Assembly: GCA_021513715.1 (NCBI GenBank)
Contig: CP084167.1
Coordinates: forward strand, 2,368,001 to 2,432,000
From: Candidatus Heimdallarchaeum endolithica
GTDB lineage: Archaea > Asgardarchaeota > Heimdallarchaeia > Heimdallarchaeales > Heimdallarchaeaceae
Length of the DNA stretch: 64,000 bases
Direction: 5' to 3'
The notes beneath the pieces were generated by a model. It saw nothing but the letters and a program-made list of their open reading frames with translations. It was not told the origin of the DNA and did no database searches. The position numbers and the translations under genes are program-made. How positions within the stretch are numbered: the stretch's first letter is position 1; every line of letters starts with the position of its first letter. Shown here piece by piece: positions 35,509 through 47,500 of the stretch.

Positions 35509-36228
35509 ATGAATTATATAAGTCCAGAATTTGGTAATGAAGCTTATACGTGTCCTTATTGTGATATTGTATCACAACATAAATTTTATTCTGTTGCAAT
35601 TAGTGTCTATTCAATCTTAGATTTCGATAAATATCATAAACCAAAAGAAAAAAATAATAGTCATAGAAAAGCACGTGTTAGTTTTGATTGTTCTCATTCA
35701 GATTTTGAACATCTTGCTATTTCCATTTGCGTTCATTGTAATAATTATTGTATTTGGGAATTAGAAAATAAAAAAATTATTTTTCCACTTGTTTATGGAC
35801 CAAAACCTAATAATGATTTGCCTAAAGATCTAAAAGATGATTTTAATGAGGCTAGGTCGATTATTAATTTATCACCTCGTGCTTCGGCTGCTCTGTCACG
35901 TTTAATTCTTGAAAAACTGCTGAAACATTTGAAAATTAAGGGGAAAAATCTCAATGATATGATTGTATATCTCATTACTCAAGGTTTGAATGAGAAGTTG
36001 CAAAAGGCAATGGACACTTTACGGGTATTTGGTAATGAAGCTGTACATCCAGGACAAATAGATCTGAAAGATGATAGGGAAACTGCAACTGGTTTGTTAG
36101 ACTTAATTAATATTTTAGTTGAAGATTTGATTTCAAAGAAAAAGAGGATAGATAATCTATACAATAAGCTTCCTCAATCAAAACGGAAAAGTATTGAGAA
36201 CAGGGTTAAGAAAACTAAAATGAAATGA
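35509..36228 (+). CDS. DUF4145 (HEPN-like) domain protein with N-terminal Zn ribbon
   Basis: CPYC...CVHC zinc ligands; DFNEARSII.LSPRASAALSRLILEKL; LRVFGNEAVHPG motif. Confidence 0.85.
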   Translation: MNYISPEFGNEAYTCPYCDIVSQHKFYSVAISVYSILDFDKYHKPKEKNNSHRKARVSFDCSHSDFEHLAISICVHCNNYCIWELENKKIIFPLVYGPKPNNDLPKDLKDDFNEARSIINLSPRASAALSRLILEKLLKHLKIKGKNLNDMIVYLITQGLNEKLQKAMDTLRVFGNEAVHPGQIDLKDDRETATGLLDLINILVEDLISKKKRIDNLYNKLPQSKRKSIENRVKKTKMK

Positions 36229-36592
36229 TTTTTCTTGCTTAATGAGTAAATATCACCTTGATTTCTTTAATGTTTCATTTTTAAAACTAAGAAAAAAACA
36301 ATTTAATAAATTACACTTGTGTTATATGTTGAAAAGAATTTATGCAAGGCTAAGAATAGCAATTGAGAGTTTTTAATAAACAAAAGTTATAACTTTTCAG
36401 CATTCCTGTTTTTTACACATGAAGAATTGAATGAGAAGAAAAATAGCATTATAATACTTATATAGCTGTGTATTAACATAATTTCTGAAGTAATACTTGA
36501 CGGTTTCCTTTGGAATTAAGTTCTGGGAAAAATTTTTCTACACTGCAATATCCTTTAATAATCGTTAAATAGTTTGGAATGGATTTTTAATT

Positions 36593-37465
36593 ATGCATTC
36601 ATTTATAGATAGTAAAATTTATCCACCTAACAATTGGGATGTCTTTGAAAAAATGGTTACTGATGTTTTTGCTAAAGAATTCGATGAGCCTTCTTTTGTT
36701 AGATACGGTAGAACGGGTCAAAAGCAAAAGGGTATTGATATTATCAATCAAGATATTTCAAAATTAAAAGGATATTGGGGAATCCAATGTAAAAATAAAA
36801 ATCTAACTGAAAAAGAGATTGATAATATAGTTGAAGATGCCAAAAAATTTGATTTAGAATTATCAAAGTTGATTATAGCAACAACCATGAAACGAGATCA
36901 AAAGATTCTGATATATGTGATGAAAAAATCAAAACATCATTCTAGCAATTCTCTTTTTTCAGTTGAAATATATTTCTGGGAAGATCTAAAAACTATGTTA
37001 GCCAACCATCCTTCTTTACTTTCCAAATACTATCCTCACTATGATAATGACACATTTGATAAAGTTGAAAGACTAATATTGGACTCGTCAGTAGATTCAT
37101 GGTCGTATAATGAAGGAGGTGTATATTCTCTTAAAACAGATGTTAAATTAGTGATTAAAAAAGAAAAAGAATATCGTGAGTTTTCGGAGAAATGGGTTGA
37201 GAATTTTGCTGACAAGAAAGCGTATATGAGTATATATTCCATTTTCTATAATAATTCTTTGATTAAAAGAGAATCGTTTGTCGATGTTGATGGATTCAGA
37301 ATGTCCTTACCACTTCCATCTCTAGATAACAATGGCTTAACTATATCTGAATTTCAATATAAATTGTGCAAGATTATTAATGGACCTCATGTTTCATATT
37401 CTCAATATAGAATAAAACGCTACATTGCAACAGCGGGGATTAAAGTAAAGAAAGATACATATTAA
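36593..37465 (+). CDS. Mrr-like/restriction-endonuclease (PD-(D/E)XK) domain protein
   Basis: PPNNWDVFEKMV.DVF...YGRTGQKQKGIDI...GIQCKN...YFWEDL, the REase module commonly fused to defence NTPases; here with an unknown C-terminal domain. Confidence 0.78.
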   Translation: MHSFIDSKIYPPNNWDVFEKMVTDVFAKEFDEPSFVRYGRTGQKQKGIDIINQDISKLKGYWGIQCKNKNLTEKEIDNIVEDAKKFDLELSKLIIATTMKRDQKILIYVMKKSKHHSSNSLFSVEIYFWEDLKTMLANHPSLLSKYYPHYDNDTFDKVERLILDSSVDSWSYNEGGVYSLKTDVKLVIKKEKEYREFSEKWVENFADKKAYMSIYSIFYNNSLIKRESFVDVDGFRMSLPLPSLDNNGLTISEFQYKLCKIINGPHVSYSQYRIKRYIATAGIKVKKDTY

Positions 37466-38300
37466 TTCAATATTTTTCTCTTTTCTTCCTTCTTTTCTTT
37501 TTTTAGTTAATTAAAACCTTTGTATCTTTTTATTCATTTTTTGTTTTTGGAATTAATCTAACTATTCTCTTAATATAATTTTGTCATTTATACCTGCGTT
37601 TACTGGAGTAAAAATGAAATAATAATCTCAAACAACATTCTTTTTTCTTATTTTTTCTTCAAAAAGTAATGAAGTTATCATTTTTCTTCTTATGTCAGAA
37701 CATAGTTTATGCTCACCTTCTCTATCCTTGTCTGTACCGTCATAATCACTATTCTCGGTTTCATAATAATTGAACTCGTCTTTGGTTTTCTCAAACTCTC
37801 TGTTCCTCCTATCATTGACTGCTTACTCATTGTTATCCTTTCTACCTATTCAGTTTTTTTTCTTATAACTACCTTTTGCTTATTCATATCTTAAAGCAGA
37901 AGAAAAAGAATTTTTGGACATACTTATAAGTGGACACATGGCGATTATCATAAGCATGCAATATATATTGAATAGTATAGAGGCTTATTTATAGTAATAA
38001 TGACATATACAATCATGTATTACCCATATTTATTAACAATTAATATATGCGTCTTTTTGTTATTTTTACGGCTTGTTGTGTGTGATTTTAGTTTATTTAT
38101 AAACTTAACGCATATATTTATATATCAGTATTTGGCGATATGAGTATTTCCAAAAAAACATAATACCTCTTTTTGGCTCAAATAAACTGCAAATATACAG
38201 GAAGTGTTTAATATACACACAGATTTATAAAAAACTAATAAACAATTAATAGACTAGTTAAAAGCCTAATTTCTGTGCAGCTTTATATATAGGGGTTAGC

Positions 38301-38308
38301 TTTTTAAA
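38301..38308 (+). promoter_or_regulatory. TATA box upstream of candidate ncRNA
   Basis: TTTTTAAA 23-30 nt upstream of the first paired base (38331); a second TATA-like TTTATATA lies at 38282. Confidence 0.45.
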
Positions 38309-38330
38309 GAGAACGATAAGCGTACATTTT

Positions 38331-38540
38331 ATGAGTCAATTTAGACACTATCTCTTGTCTAATACCAACCCCAAGTACTTGAGTAGTGCTAAATTGGCTC
38401 ATGTTGCCTTGTCTCTGATACAAGGATCTGACTTCCTTTTAGACCCAGTAGAGAGTTTCAGCAGATATGGGCAACGCACAAAAAATGAGAGGGTGAATTC
38501 CTTCACTCTCTCCACTCTCCTTTTTATTTATTTTATTCAG
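38331..38540 (+). ncRNA. Candidate structured non-coding RNA: two abutting ~72-nt hairpins plus terminal hairpin and U-tract
   Basis: H1 38331-38402 (ATGAGTCAATTTAG-A-CACTA / TAGTG-CTAAATTGGCTCAT); H2 38403-38475 (GTTGCCT-TGTCT-CTGA / TCAG-C-AGATA-T-GGGCAAC); H3 38487-38512 (GAGAGGGTGAA-TTCC-TTCACTCTCTC), then T-rich. Non-Watson-Crick pairs are G:U on the + strand. Locally GC-richer than its flanks. Confidence 0.62.
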
Positions 38541-38757
38541 GTGGAAAAATGTTCGACTTTTTGAAAATTGGATTTCTATTTCAGTCTGTACTTAAGAAAG
38601 AAAAGGTAAACGTTTCTTTTTTAATTTACAATTATTGTATATCTATCAAACTCATCCAGTTAAAAGTTCTGGAATTTTCTTCCCCATTTAAAAACAAATT
38701 AGGTAATTATCATTTTAAAGTGAAAAATATTAGTTTTAGGAAATAGGTGAAAGATAA

Positions 38758-41589
38758 ATGAAAAAGCAAACAATAATTGTTTTCTGTATTATCTCCTTGT
38801 TTTTAATCTCTGGATTAAAAGCGCAAGAAGTAATAAAAACTGATTGTGAAAAATGCAATGAAACACAACTAATAGAAGAAGGTGCGATAGTAGCTGTTAA
38901 ATGTTTAGATAAAACTGTCGATGGAGCAGAAATTGTAAATAAATACAGTAATTTAGGTTTACAGATTTGCAATGTAACTAATCATGATTTGTTTCAGGAA
39001 TTTATTAAAAAGAATAATTTAGTTTATTCTGTAGTTAACACGAAGATAAAAATGAAATCTGCTATGCTTTCGGCTCAAAAGCAGATTGGTTTAGGGTATA
39101 AAGAAGAAGATAATATTCTTCCTGATCCAAATACAACAGTAGCAATATTAGATACTGGAATTGATCTTACTCATAACTACTTCAATAGTTCTCAACTTCT
39201 TCATTGGAAAGACTTTGTTGGTTCTTCAGTGGAAGAAGGACATGATATTTATCTTTCACCTACTGATATTAATGGTCACGGAACAGCAATTGCATCTATT
39301 ATTGCTGGAAACTGTACTGTAAATAATAGTATATTAAAATTCGAGAAAAATGTCACAAAAGGGACTTTAAAATTTGTTTCATATCTTGAAGAAACAAATA
39401 ATGAATTTTTAACCGTTAACGTTAGTTGGTCATCTAATAACAACATTAGTGTGGGTATCTACGACTTAGCAGAAGAGAAGATACGATATTCCTCTGAAAC
39501 TTGTTCAAATGGTTCTTTTGTTTGGAATCGGAGGATATACAATTCAGCGAGAGAGTATCTTATCTTCTATGTAGCAAATGAGGAAGGAGAAAATGTAGTA
39601 GAGGTAAGAGGAGAGTTATCTTTCCCCACACTTAATACTTTCAAGGGAGTAGTTCCTGGAGCAAATATAGTTGTATTAAAAGTTTTAGATGATCAAGGTT
39701 ATGGAAATGTGACTACGCTCTTAGAAGCTTTGGATTATCTATTGACTATAAAAGAAGAATATAACATCAAACTAGTCAATTTGTCTTTAGGTTTTAGTGA
39801 GAGAATAGTAGCGGTAGATGATGCAGTTACAGCAATAGTAGAGGAAGGGATTTTTCCTGTCGTTGCTGCGGGAAATGGAGGAACATCGGGAGAAGTCTAT
39901 TCTCCAGGGAGTAATGATTATGCTTTAACTGTTGGAGCAGTAAATGAGAGAGCAGAAGTAGCTTATTACAGCAGTCAAGGATGTGATTGCCCAACTAGAC
40001 AGATTAAACCAGATGTTTTAGCTCCTGGGGGATCATTCGGAATGGCTTTTCGTCCCATAATTGTGGCAAAAAGTGGAACATATAACGAAGTCAAACAAGT
40101 GAAAGGAACAAGTTTTGCTACTGCATTTATGACTGGAATGGTCTACAGAAAAGTGATAGAAGAAAAATGGGAATATAATAAAGAAAATGTACGAAAAGTG
40201 AAATATCTTATTCTTATGAGTACATACCAATCAAGAGCAAATAACTATAACGGAGACAATGATGGAATAGCACAAGAACCCGATTTAACAATTTACGCAA
40301 AAGACAGAGTAGAAGGATGGGGTATATATGGCTATGCTCCAGTTGTAAACTATACTTTTTCAGAAAGCGAAAAATCTTACTCTGATGCAAAATATTTATC
40401 ACCTATACACATTAACCATTATGATGATTTTGAGTATCAAAGAATTTACGTTGCTGAATTATGGACACCTAAAAATACTACAGGAAGCTATAGAATAGAA
40501 TCTCAAACTAATGGATTTGTATCAAATTCTACTGATTATACTCCTCATCTTGAAAATTGGACTTTTGTTCCTAAATTATCTAATTCTTCAGATGAGTACG
40601 GAAATCCAATTTTCTTTACTCCAGAATTCGCTGAAAGGGAAGATTTAATTTACTTTAATTTAAGTCCTGGTAGCCATTACTACTTTGTAGTTGCAATTAA
40701 TAGATACTTAGATTTAGAACCTTATAAGAGTCTGGGTAATTTTTGCCTTGATACATTTGAAAAAGGAATGCTAATTTCAAATTATTTTATTTATAAAACT
40801 TGGTATGATATTCATCCTAAAGTAATTCTAGAAAATAATACTGTTTATTTTGATGAGGTTGTAAGAGGAAAAATCGAATACCCTCAATATACGAAAATGA
40901 TTAGATTTGAGATGAATGGAATAGATTGCTTGAATTACTTTAATGCTACAACTCATGAGTTCGAAATATATGGATTAAGTGAAGGATCATATCAATTGGA
41001 GTATATTCTTGAATTAGGAAAAACGAGAAAAATTTTCTGGTTTCCTGGGATATATGTAGATAAAAGCCCACCAAAACAATTTTTCTCATTTATTGATAAT
41101 TGCACTATAAAAGAGAATACTACCTATGGTTTTACAACAAAAGATTATTCTCCAACCAACATTACTATCTATATTGACGGGAAAAATTTTGGTTCAAAAA
41201 TTCTGGATCCAGGTTTTGATACAATAAGCATTACAATAAAACCGAAGGAATTACCTTATGGTTATCACAATCTCACAATATTCGCTGTAGATTTATTTAA
41301 TAGAACATTATTTGTCAATTATACTTTTGTAACTTTAGAAAATTACGAAGAACCTACTGAACCTACTGAACCTACTGAACCCACAGAGCCTACTGAACCC
41401 ACAGAGCCTACTGAACCTACAGAGCCTACAGAGCCCACTGAACCTACTGAACCTACTGAACCTACAGAACCTACTGAACCCAATAATTTTGGGAAATACC
41501 CATCGATGAAATATTTAATAGGTGCAAGTGTAATAATCGCATTTCTTGCTGCAGGGTTTATTTTGATATACAAGCGTTATGGAGGTTAA
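38758..41589 (+). CDS. Membrane-anchored subtilisin-like (S8) serine protease
   Basis: Signal peptide; catalytic VAILDTG, NGHGT and GTSFAT; oxyanion VAAGN; KPDVLAPG; insertion in the catalytic domain; Ig-like C-terminal domains, PTE linker, TM helix and KR tail. Confidence 0.92.
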   Translation: MKKQTIIVFCIISLFLISGLKAQEVIKTDCEKCNETQLIEEGAIVAVKCLDKTVDGAEIVNKYSNLGLQICNVTNHDLFQEFIKKNNLVYSVVNTKIKMKSAMLSAQKQIGLGYKEEDNILPDPNTTVAILDTGIDLTHNYFNSSQLLHWKDFVGSSVEEGHDIYLSPTDINGHGTAIASIIAGNCTVNNSILKFEKNVTKGTLKFVSYLEETNNEFLTVNVSWSSNNNISVGIYDLAEEKIRYSSETCSNGSFVWNRRIYNSAREYLIFYVANEEGENVVEVRGELSFPTLNTFKGVVPGANIVVLKVLDDQGYGNVTTLLEALDYLLTIKEEYNIKLVNLSLGFSERIVAVDDAVTAIVEEGIFPVVAAGNGGTSGEVYSPGSNDYALTVGAVNERAEVAYYSSQGCDCPTRQIKPDVLAPGGSFGMAFRPIIVAKSGTYNEVKQVKGTSFATAFMTGMVYRKVIEEKWEYNKENVRKVKYLILMSTYQSRANNYNGDNDGIAQEPDLTIYAKDRVEGWGIYGYAPVVNYTFSESEKSYSDAKYLSPIHINHYDDFEYQRIYVAELWTPKNTTGSYRIESQTNGFVSNSTDYTPHLENWTFVPKLSNSSDEYGNPIFFTPEFAEREDLIYFNLSPGSHYYFVVAINRYLDLEPYKSLGNFCLDTFEKGMLISNYFIYKTWYDIHPKVILENNTVYFDEVVRGKIEYPQYTKMIRFEMNGIDCLNYFNATTHEFEIYGLSEGSYQLEYILELGKTRKIFWFPGIYVDKSPPKQFFSFIDNCTIKENTTYGFTTKDYSPTNITIYIDGKNFGSKILDPGFDTISITIKPKELPYGYHNLTIFAVDLFNRTLFVNYTFVTLENYEEPTEPTEPTEPTEPTEPTEPTEPTEPTEPTEPTEPTEPTEPTEPNNFGKYPSMKYLIGASVIIAFLAAGFILIYKRYGG
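41353..41481 (+). repeat. 9-bp coding tandem repeat, (Pro-Thr-Glu)x14 linker
   Basis: CCTACTGAA/CCCACAGAG units directly before the TM anchor of the S8 protease. Confidence 0.95.
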
Positions 41590-41595
41590 TAAAAA

Positions 41596-44500
41596 ATGTT
41601 CAATAAAAAATATAGTTTAGTTAAATATTTTTCTTTAATATTTTTAACTTTAATTTTCGTTCAATCATTATCAAATTCTGCGTTAATAAAAGTACAAGGT
41701 GATACCAATAATACGATACAAATTAAAAATTTATTTCGTTCTCATGAAAATGTATTAGGGGGAATAGAGTTTTCTGTTTACTGTCAAGTAGAAACTAATG
41801 GGTCAAATATAGTTAAGGAGGTTTTGCTTAGATATACAGAAGATGGAGAAAACCATACAACAAGAATGTATTCTAATTTCTACAGCTATTATGTAGGTGT
41901 TGTCCCTGGACAAGAAATCAATAGTTCTATAACTTACTGGGTAGAAGCTAAAGATAATGAAAATAATACTGCAAAAAGCATTATTGTAGGGCCTTTAACT
42001 GTTTTTGATGGAAATTTACCTCTTATAGGCGATATAATACAAAACCCAGTTGTACCTACAAATTTGGACACAATAAACATAACAACATGGGTTACCGACA
42101 ACGTAGGAGTGAAGGATGTAAAAATTGAATATTGGATCAATAATCAAGTTACTTCAAATATTATATTAATGAACAACGATGGAGGTGCAAAATATGTGGG
42201 AAGTTTACCTACATGTGAAATTGGAACAAAAATTGTTTATCGTATTGTTGCTGTGGATACATCTCCATTACAAAATACAAAATATTCAGAAAATAGAACA
42301 GTGTATATTACAGATGGTGTTCATCCATATATTGTCTTTTATGAAAGTGACCCAAATGAACCAAATGCAAGTCAAGAATTTTACTTAATCGCAGAAGCAT
42401 GGGACTCTACAGGAATAGATAAAGTAAATGTTGAAGTAACATATAGTTATAATTCTATTCCAATAATTTATGAGATGGAAAACATTCCAGACACAAATTT
42501 ATACCAGAAGAAGATAGTGGGACAGCCTGAAAATACTAATATCACATTCTTTTTCACTGCAATAGATTCTTCTTCAGAACATTTGAATTCATCTACACCA
42601 ACTTATTCAATAGTAATTCATGACAATGTAAAACCAATAATAACTAACGTTGTACATGAGATTCCAACTTACTTACCCAATTATTACATTGAAATTAATG
42701 CTACAATCACTGATGTATCAGAGATAGGGCGAGCAACGATTTTCTACACTTATGATAATGGAGAAAATATTACTTTGCGGGGAAGTAATATGGTAAGATA
42801 TGCCAATACCAGCGTTTTTCATGCAGGAATTGAAACACAAACCGCTGGAACAGTATGTACATATTGGATAGATGTGGAAGACATTCATCAAAATAGACAA
42901 GTTACAGAGAATTATAGTTTAACTTTTATAGATGGTATCCCACCAAAAATAGATAATGTAAATATATCACCAATAAATTCTACAACAATATTAGATAATA
43001 CAACCGTACAAGTTAACTGTTCTGTTACAGATGAAAATAACGTGACAGTAAAATTAGAAGTGAAAATAGTAGATTATTATGGGTTTGAAATAGAAACAAA
43101 AACATTTGATATGATTGAAAAAGAAGAAAACATTTTCGAATACAATATTACAGCTACAAATGCTACAAATACAGTTTACTGGACAATAATAGCTACAGAT
43201 GATTCACTTACCAATAATACTGCTTGCTATTCAAGTCATTATGTGGTAGTAGATCAAGGTTTACCACAAATATTATTGTGTGATACTGAACCAAATGACA
43301 ATAGTGATACTCAAAGTATTTACCTTAAATTAGTTGATGATGGTAAAATAAAAAATATAAGAGTTAGACCAGGTATATCTGATGGTTTATTCACTACATG
43401 GTATAACCCCACTTATTATGCTCCAGAGTTATCTGATTCATATTGGGAAGGAACAATCACTACTCATTTGAATCTTTACGGGTTAACAAATTACTACTTC
43501 AAAATAGAAGTAACAGTTTATGATGTATGGGATAATTCCTTTACAGATACATACATATTTCTAATTGAAGATAAAACTCCTCCACAAATAAATATTGTTG
43601 ATTATCCTGAAACATTAAACGAAAATGAAGATTTTAACATAACTTTACAAATTGTGGATAACTCCTCTTATACAGCTTGGCTTTTATATCAAGTAAACTA
43701 TGGAGAAGAATATATTGCTCCAATTATTGATACTAATGGAAATTTAACAGGAACTATTTCTTCTTCTAGTTATGATTTTAGTCAAATTTTGTTAATATAT
43801 ATTTGTGCAGAAGATGAGAAAGGAAATAAAATTCAAATAGAAAATCCATTAACCTACGTCATTACTGATGGAAATCCACCTTATATATCAAATGATACAA
43901 CGCTATTTAGTTATGATAATGTAAAGATAGCCTACAATTCTACATTAACTGTTAGAGCTATTGTTAATGATCCTTCTGGAATTGACTATGTAAAATTACA
44001 TTATCGTTATGCTGATGGCAATGAAGGAGAAATAGACATGAATATTGATTTTTATAATCAATATAATTACTCCGTAGAATTTAATATTGACACATTAAAT
44101 TATAGAAACACTAATGTTGAGCTTTGGTTAATTGCGAGAGATAATAGTGGGTGGGTTGTGAACTCTTATGAAAGCAAGGTGTTAGTTTTATTTAGAGATA
44201 TTTTCAGTCCTTCTGGAAAAATTTTGGATTCTTTGGAATATATAGAATTAAAGAATGAAAATATTTCAGTTACTGCTCAATTTAAGGATGATACTTATAT
44301 AAACATCAATTCTATTAAAATGGAAGTAAAATATTTTTCTCTCTCACTTCAAAATATTTCTCTTTCTCGAGTTATTTCTTCCACAGGAGAGAATGATTAT
44401 ATAACTGAATTTGAGATAGATCCTAATCTTTTAGTTCCATATGTTGATCAAAATATATCACTAAGGGTTATTGTTGAAGATAGTCAAGGTAATATTTTTT

Positions 44501-47500
44501 TCTCTCAACCTCTCATACTATTAGTCAAAGATACTACATCACCATGTATTGACGCTGATTCTTGGATATATTCCCCTCTAAATCCAAATGTAGAAAATAA
44601 AGTTTACCTTCCTTCTGTATTTGATGTATCTGGAATAAATGATACATTTACCCTTGTTTATCTTAATTCTTCCGAGAGTGAAACAGAACAATTAAACACG
44701 CTTTATGATTCAAATTTAAGTAGATGGTATGTACTTGTACCTAGTTTTCGTGCTCTTACTTTAATTACTTTAAATGCTACTTTTTCAGATATACATGGTA
44801 ATATTAATGGAGTTTTACTAACAGAAACCATTACAGATTTAGAAGCTCCTGTTATCTACTCTTTGATTACTTCTCCTGAACCATCAGATAACAAGCCAGT
44901 TGAATTTAGTGCAAATGTTTCCGATGATGGTGAAATTTATCTAGTTGAATTAATTGTGGAACAAAACGGAATGAACATCTCATATTTTATGAGTTACAAT
45001 TCATCATTATATGAGACAGATATTAATTTAGACAAGGGAAGCTATAATATTTGGCTAAAAGCTGTAGATATGTGTAATAAAGTATCATATTATTCTTCTA
45101 CTCTGACAGTTATAGATAAGACTCCTCCATCATTAATAAGCGTAAATAGTTATCCCTATGGTTTTCAACCAATTGATAAAAATGATTTTTATTTCATTGT
45201 AGAAGGTACAGATAATGAAGGATTATCTCAAATTATAGTAGAATATACAATTAACTCATCTTCTTACAGACAAATTCAGTCGGTTGCTAATAATTCAGCG
45301 ATTTTCATGATTAACGATACGGAAATACTGCCTTACGACACAATTCTTCTTACAAATATAACTATATTAGATAATGCCGTTTCACCGAATTGTTTAATTA
45401 AAACTACAAACTTACCACAGTGGATAGTAGGTGATAATACTCCTCCTGAAATTTACTCACATACAGATCATAATTTTGACGGTAGTTCAACAAGTGATTT
45501 CTATCTAACAGTATATATTACTGAAAATGATGTTAGAAATCACACTAACATTGATTCAACTATTTATTACAAATATTACAATGATAGCTCTTGGATGAAT
45601 CAATCATTATATTATGGTGGAGAAATTATTGAAGAACAATGTTATTATGAAGTAATGTTAAGTCCACCTTGGAAAGCAGGAACATATGAATATTATATTA
45701 CTGTGTCACTAAATGGAATGACGACACTATATTATAACGAAACAACTCCATTAACTTTTGCAATTGAAGATTTTACTTCTCCAATCATCAAATCTGATAG
45801 CTTGGTACACACTTCTCAAGACGAGCTTCAACCGATTAATAGCAGTAGTGATGAAGATATAAATGATTTTGTAATAAGTTTCATAGTAGTAGAACATGAA
45901 ACAGGGATAGATCTTACAATTGGTGATACTAACACAGGAATAAACGTTTTGCTTAGTTTGGATAGTGGTTCTAGTTGGACAAAATATGGGGAAGTAACTA
46001 ATGCACAATTTCTCGGCAATGGAGAATATCAAATTACATATACAATATCAGCAGATGATTTAAGAACATTCATTCACCATGAAACAATTTTATATAAAAT
46101 CAAATTGAAAGATTCTGCTAATAATGAAAAAATCTACACCTCTTTTGAAGGAGATACTTTTTCTTTCAACATAAAAGATTTATATCCACCACAAATTCAA
46201 TGGATACTAATAACAAAAGAAAGCAATCCTTCTCCAAATTATTGGGCTTATGATTTAGAAAATCTACCAGAAGGATATTACCTTGTAGATACAACTTCAA
46301 CACTTAACTATTCAATAACAGGCATTTCTCCCTTATTAGATGAAGGAGATTTTGGATATTCGGATATTATAAAAATTGGTTTGAAAATAAAAGATCATAC
46401 TGCGTTTAATAACCCCCCAGATATCAGAACTTATTTCAATTATGGTACAGAAAATATTAATATAAACAAAACAATATATGGTAACTCTGAATTTTTATTT
46501 TGGGTAGAGTTTGATTTAGCTAATATCGTCGGTTCAAATAACTTCAAATCACATAAAGACACCACTGAAACACCATTTAGGTTGCAATTAAACTATTACT
46601 TTATACTTACTGATTCATATAGCAATGAACTTACAAGTCAAAATTATTCAATCTATCTTTATGATACATATGCACCAAAATTAACTAATGGTTACAATAG
46701 ACCATACTTTACAGACTTAAATGATAATGTACGAGAAGATGAAGGTAAATGTGTATTACCAAATGAGTATAATAAACTTATGTTTTCTTTTGAAGAAGTA
46801 AGTTTAGTAACACAGAACGATATTACAATTCAGTTTTACGATACAAAAGGGGAAATATTCTATTACGAAGTAAACAATAACGAAATTAATTTGGATAATA
46901 ACGGATTTCAATATTCTGTTTCAATTACAATGGATTATAACACTTTTTTAAGTTTTCCTGATGTAAGATTTTGTATAAAGATAGTTATTAGTCCTAATGA
47001 TGGTCTAATATTAGAAAAATATTATTTGTTAGATATAGAAGCTTTAAATGTTTATTATGTTAAAATGGTAGCTAATTATAATGAAATTAATTGGGCAGTG
47101 GATGGAGGAACAGCGATAGCACATGCAGAAACTGGAGATATATATCCTGGTCAACCTTTAAATGAAGTAACTATTACTCTTGGAAACTTAATGTATGAAA
47201 CACATATTGAAGTTTATGCACATTATGAAATGACTGACAAATTTAATCCTACAACTAGTGATATTGTCTCTGTATCTCAGCTACTAAAGAGTTTTATCCA
47301 AACTCCTTCTTCTGATTTAAAATTAACCAAAATAATAAACTCTTGGGATGCTAATCCTGAATATGCGGGTAATATATATCTATTTTTGAAACTTTATTAC
47401 ACGTGGGATATCCCCTCTAATGCTATCTCCTCTTCAGATATAACAGAAGGAAAATGTTACATCTACATTCATCATAATAAAGCTGTGGAAGAAGTAGATT

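Noticed and set aside
37510-37894. 61-aa hydrophobic plus-strand ORF and a stop-interrupted minus-strand reading (NDRRNREFEKTKDEFNYYE...)
   Set aside because: Pyrimidine-rich low-complexity sequence; may be a gene remnant but no family is recognisable.
38403-38475. Hammerhead ribozyme or tRNA-like fold in the candidate ncRNA
   Set aside because: No CUGANGA/GAAA core in the right arrangement on either strand; no T-loop/D-loop consensus.
38331-38746. 77-aa and 65-aa plus-strand ORFs
   Set aside because: No protein-like features; the first coincides with the base-paired RNA-like structure and its U-tract.
41343-41573. Minus-strand (GSV)n ORF
   Set aside because: Antisense shadow of the PTE repeat.
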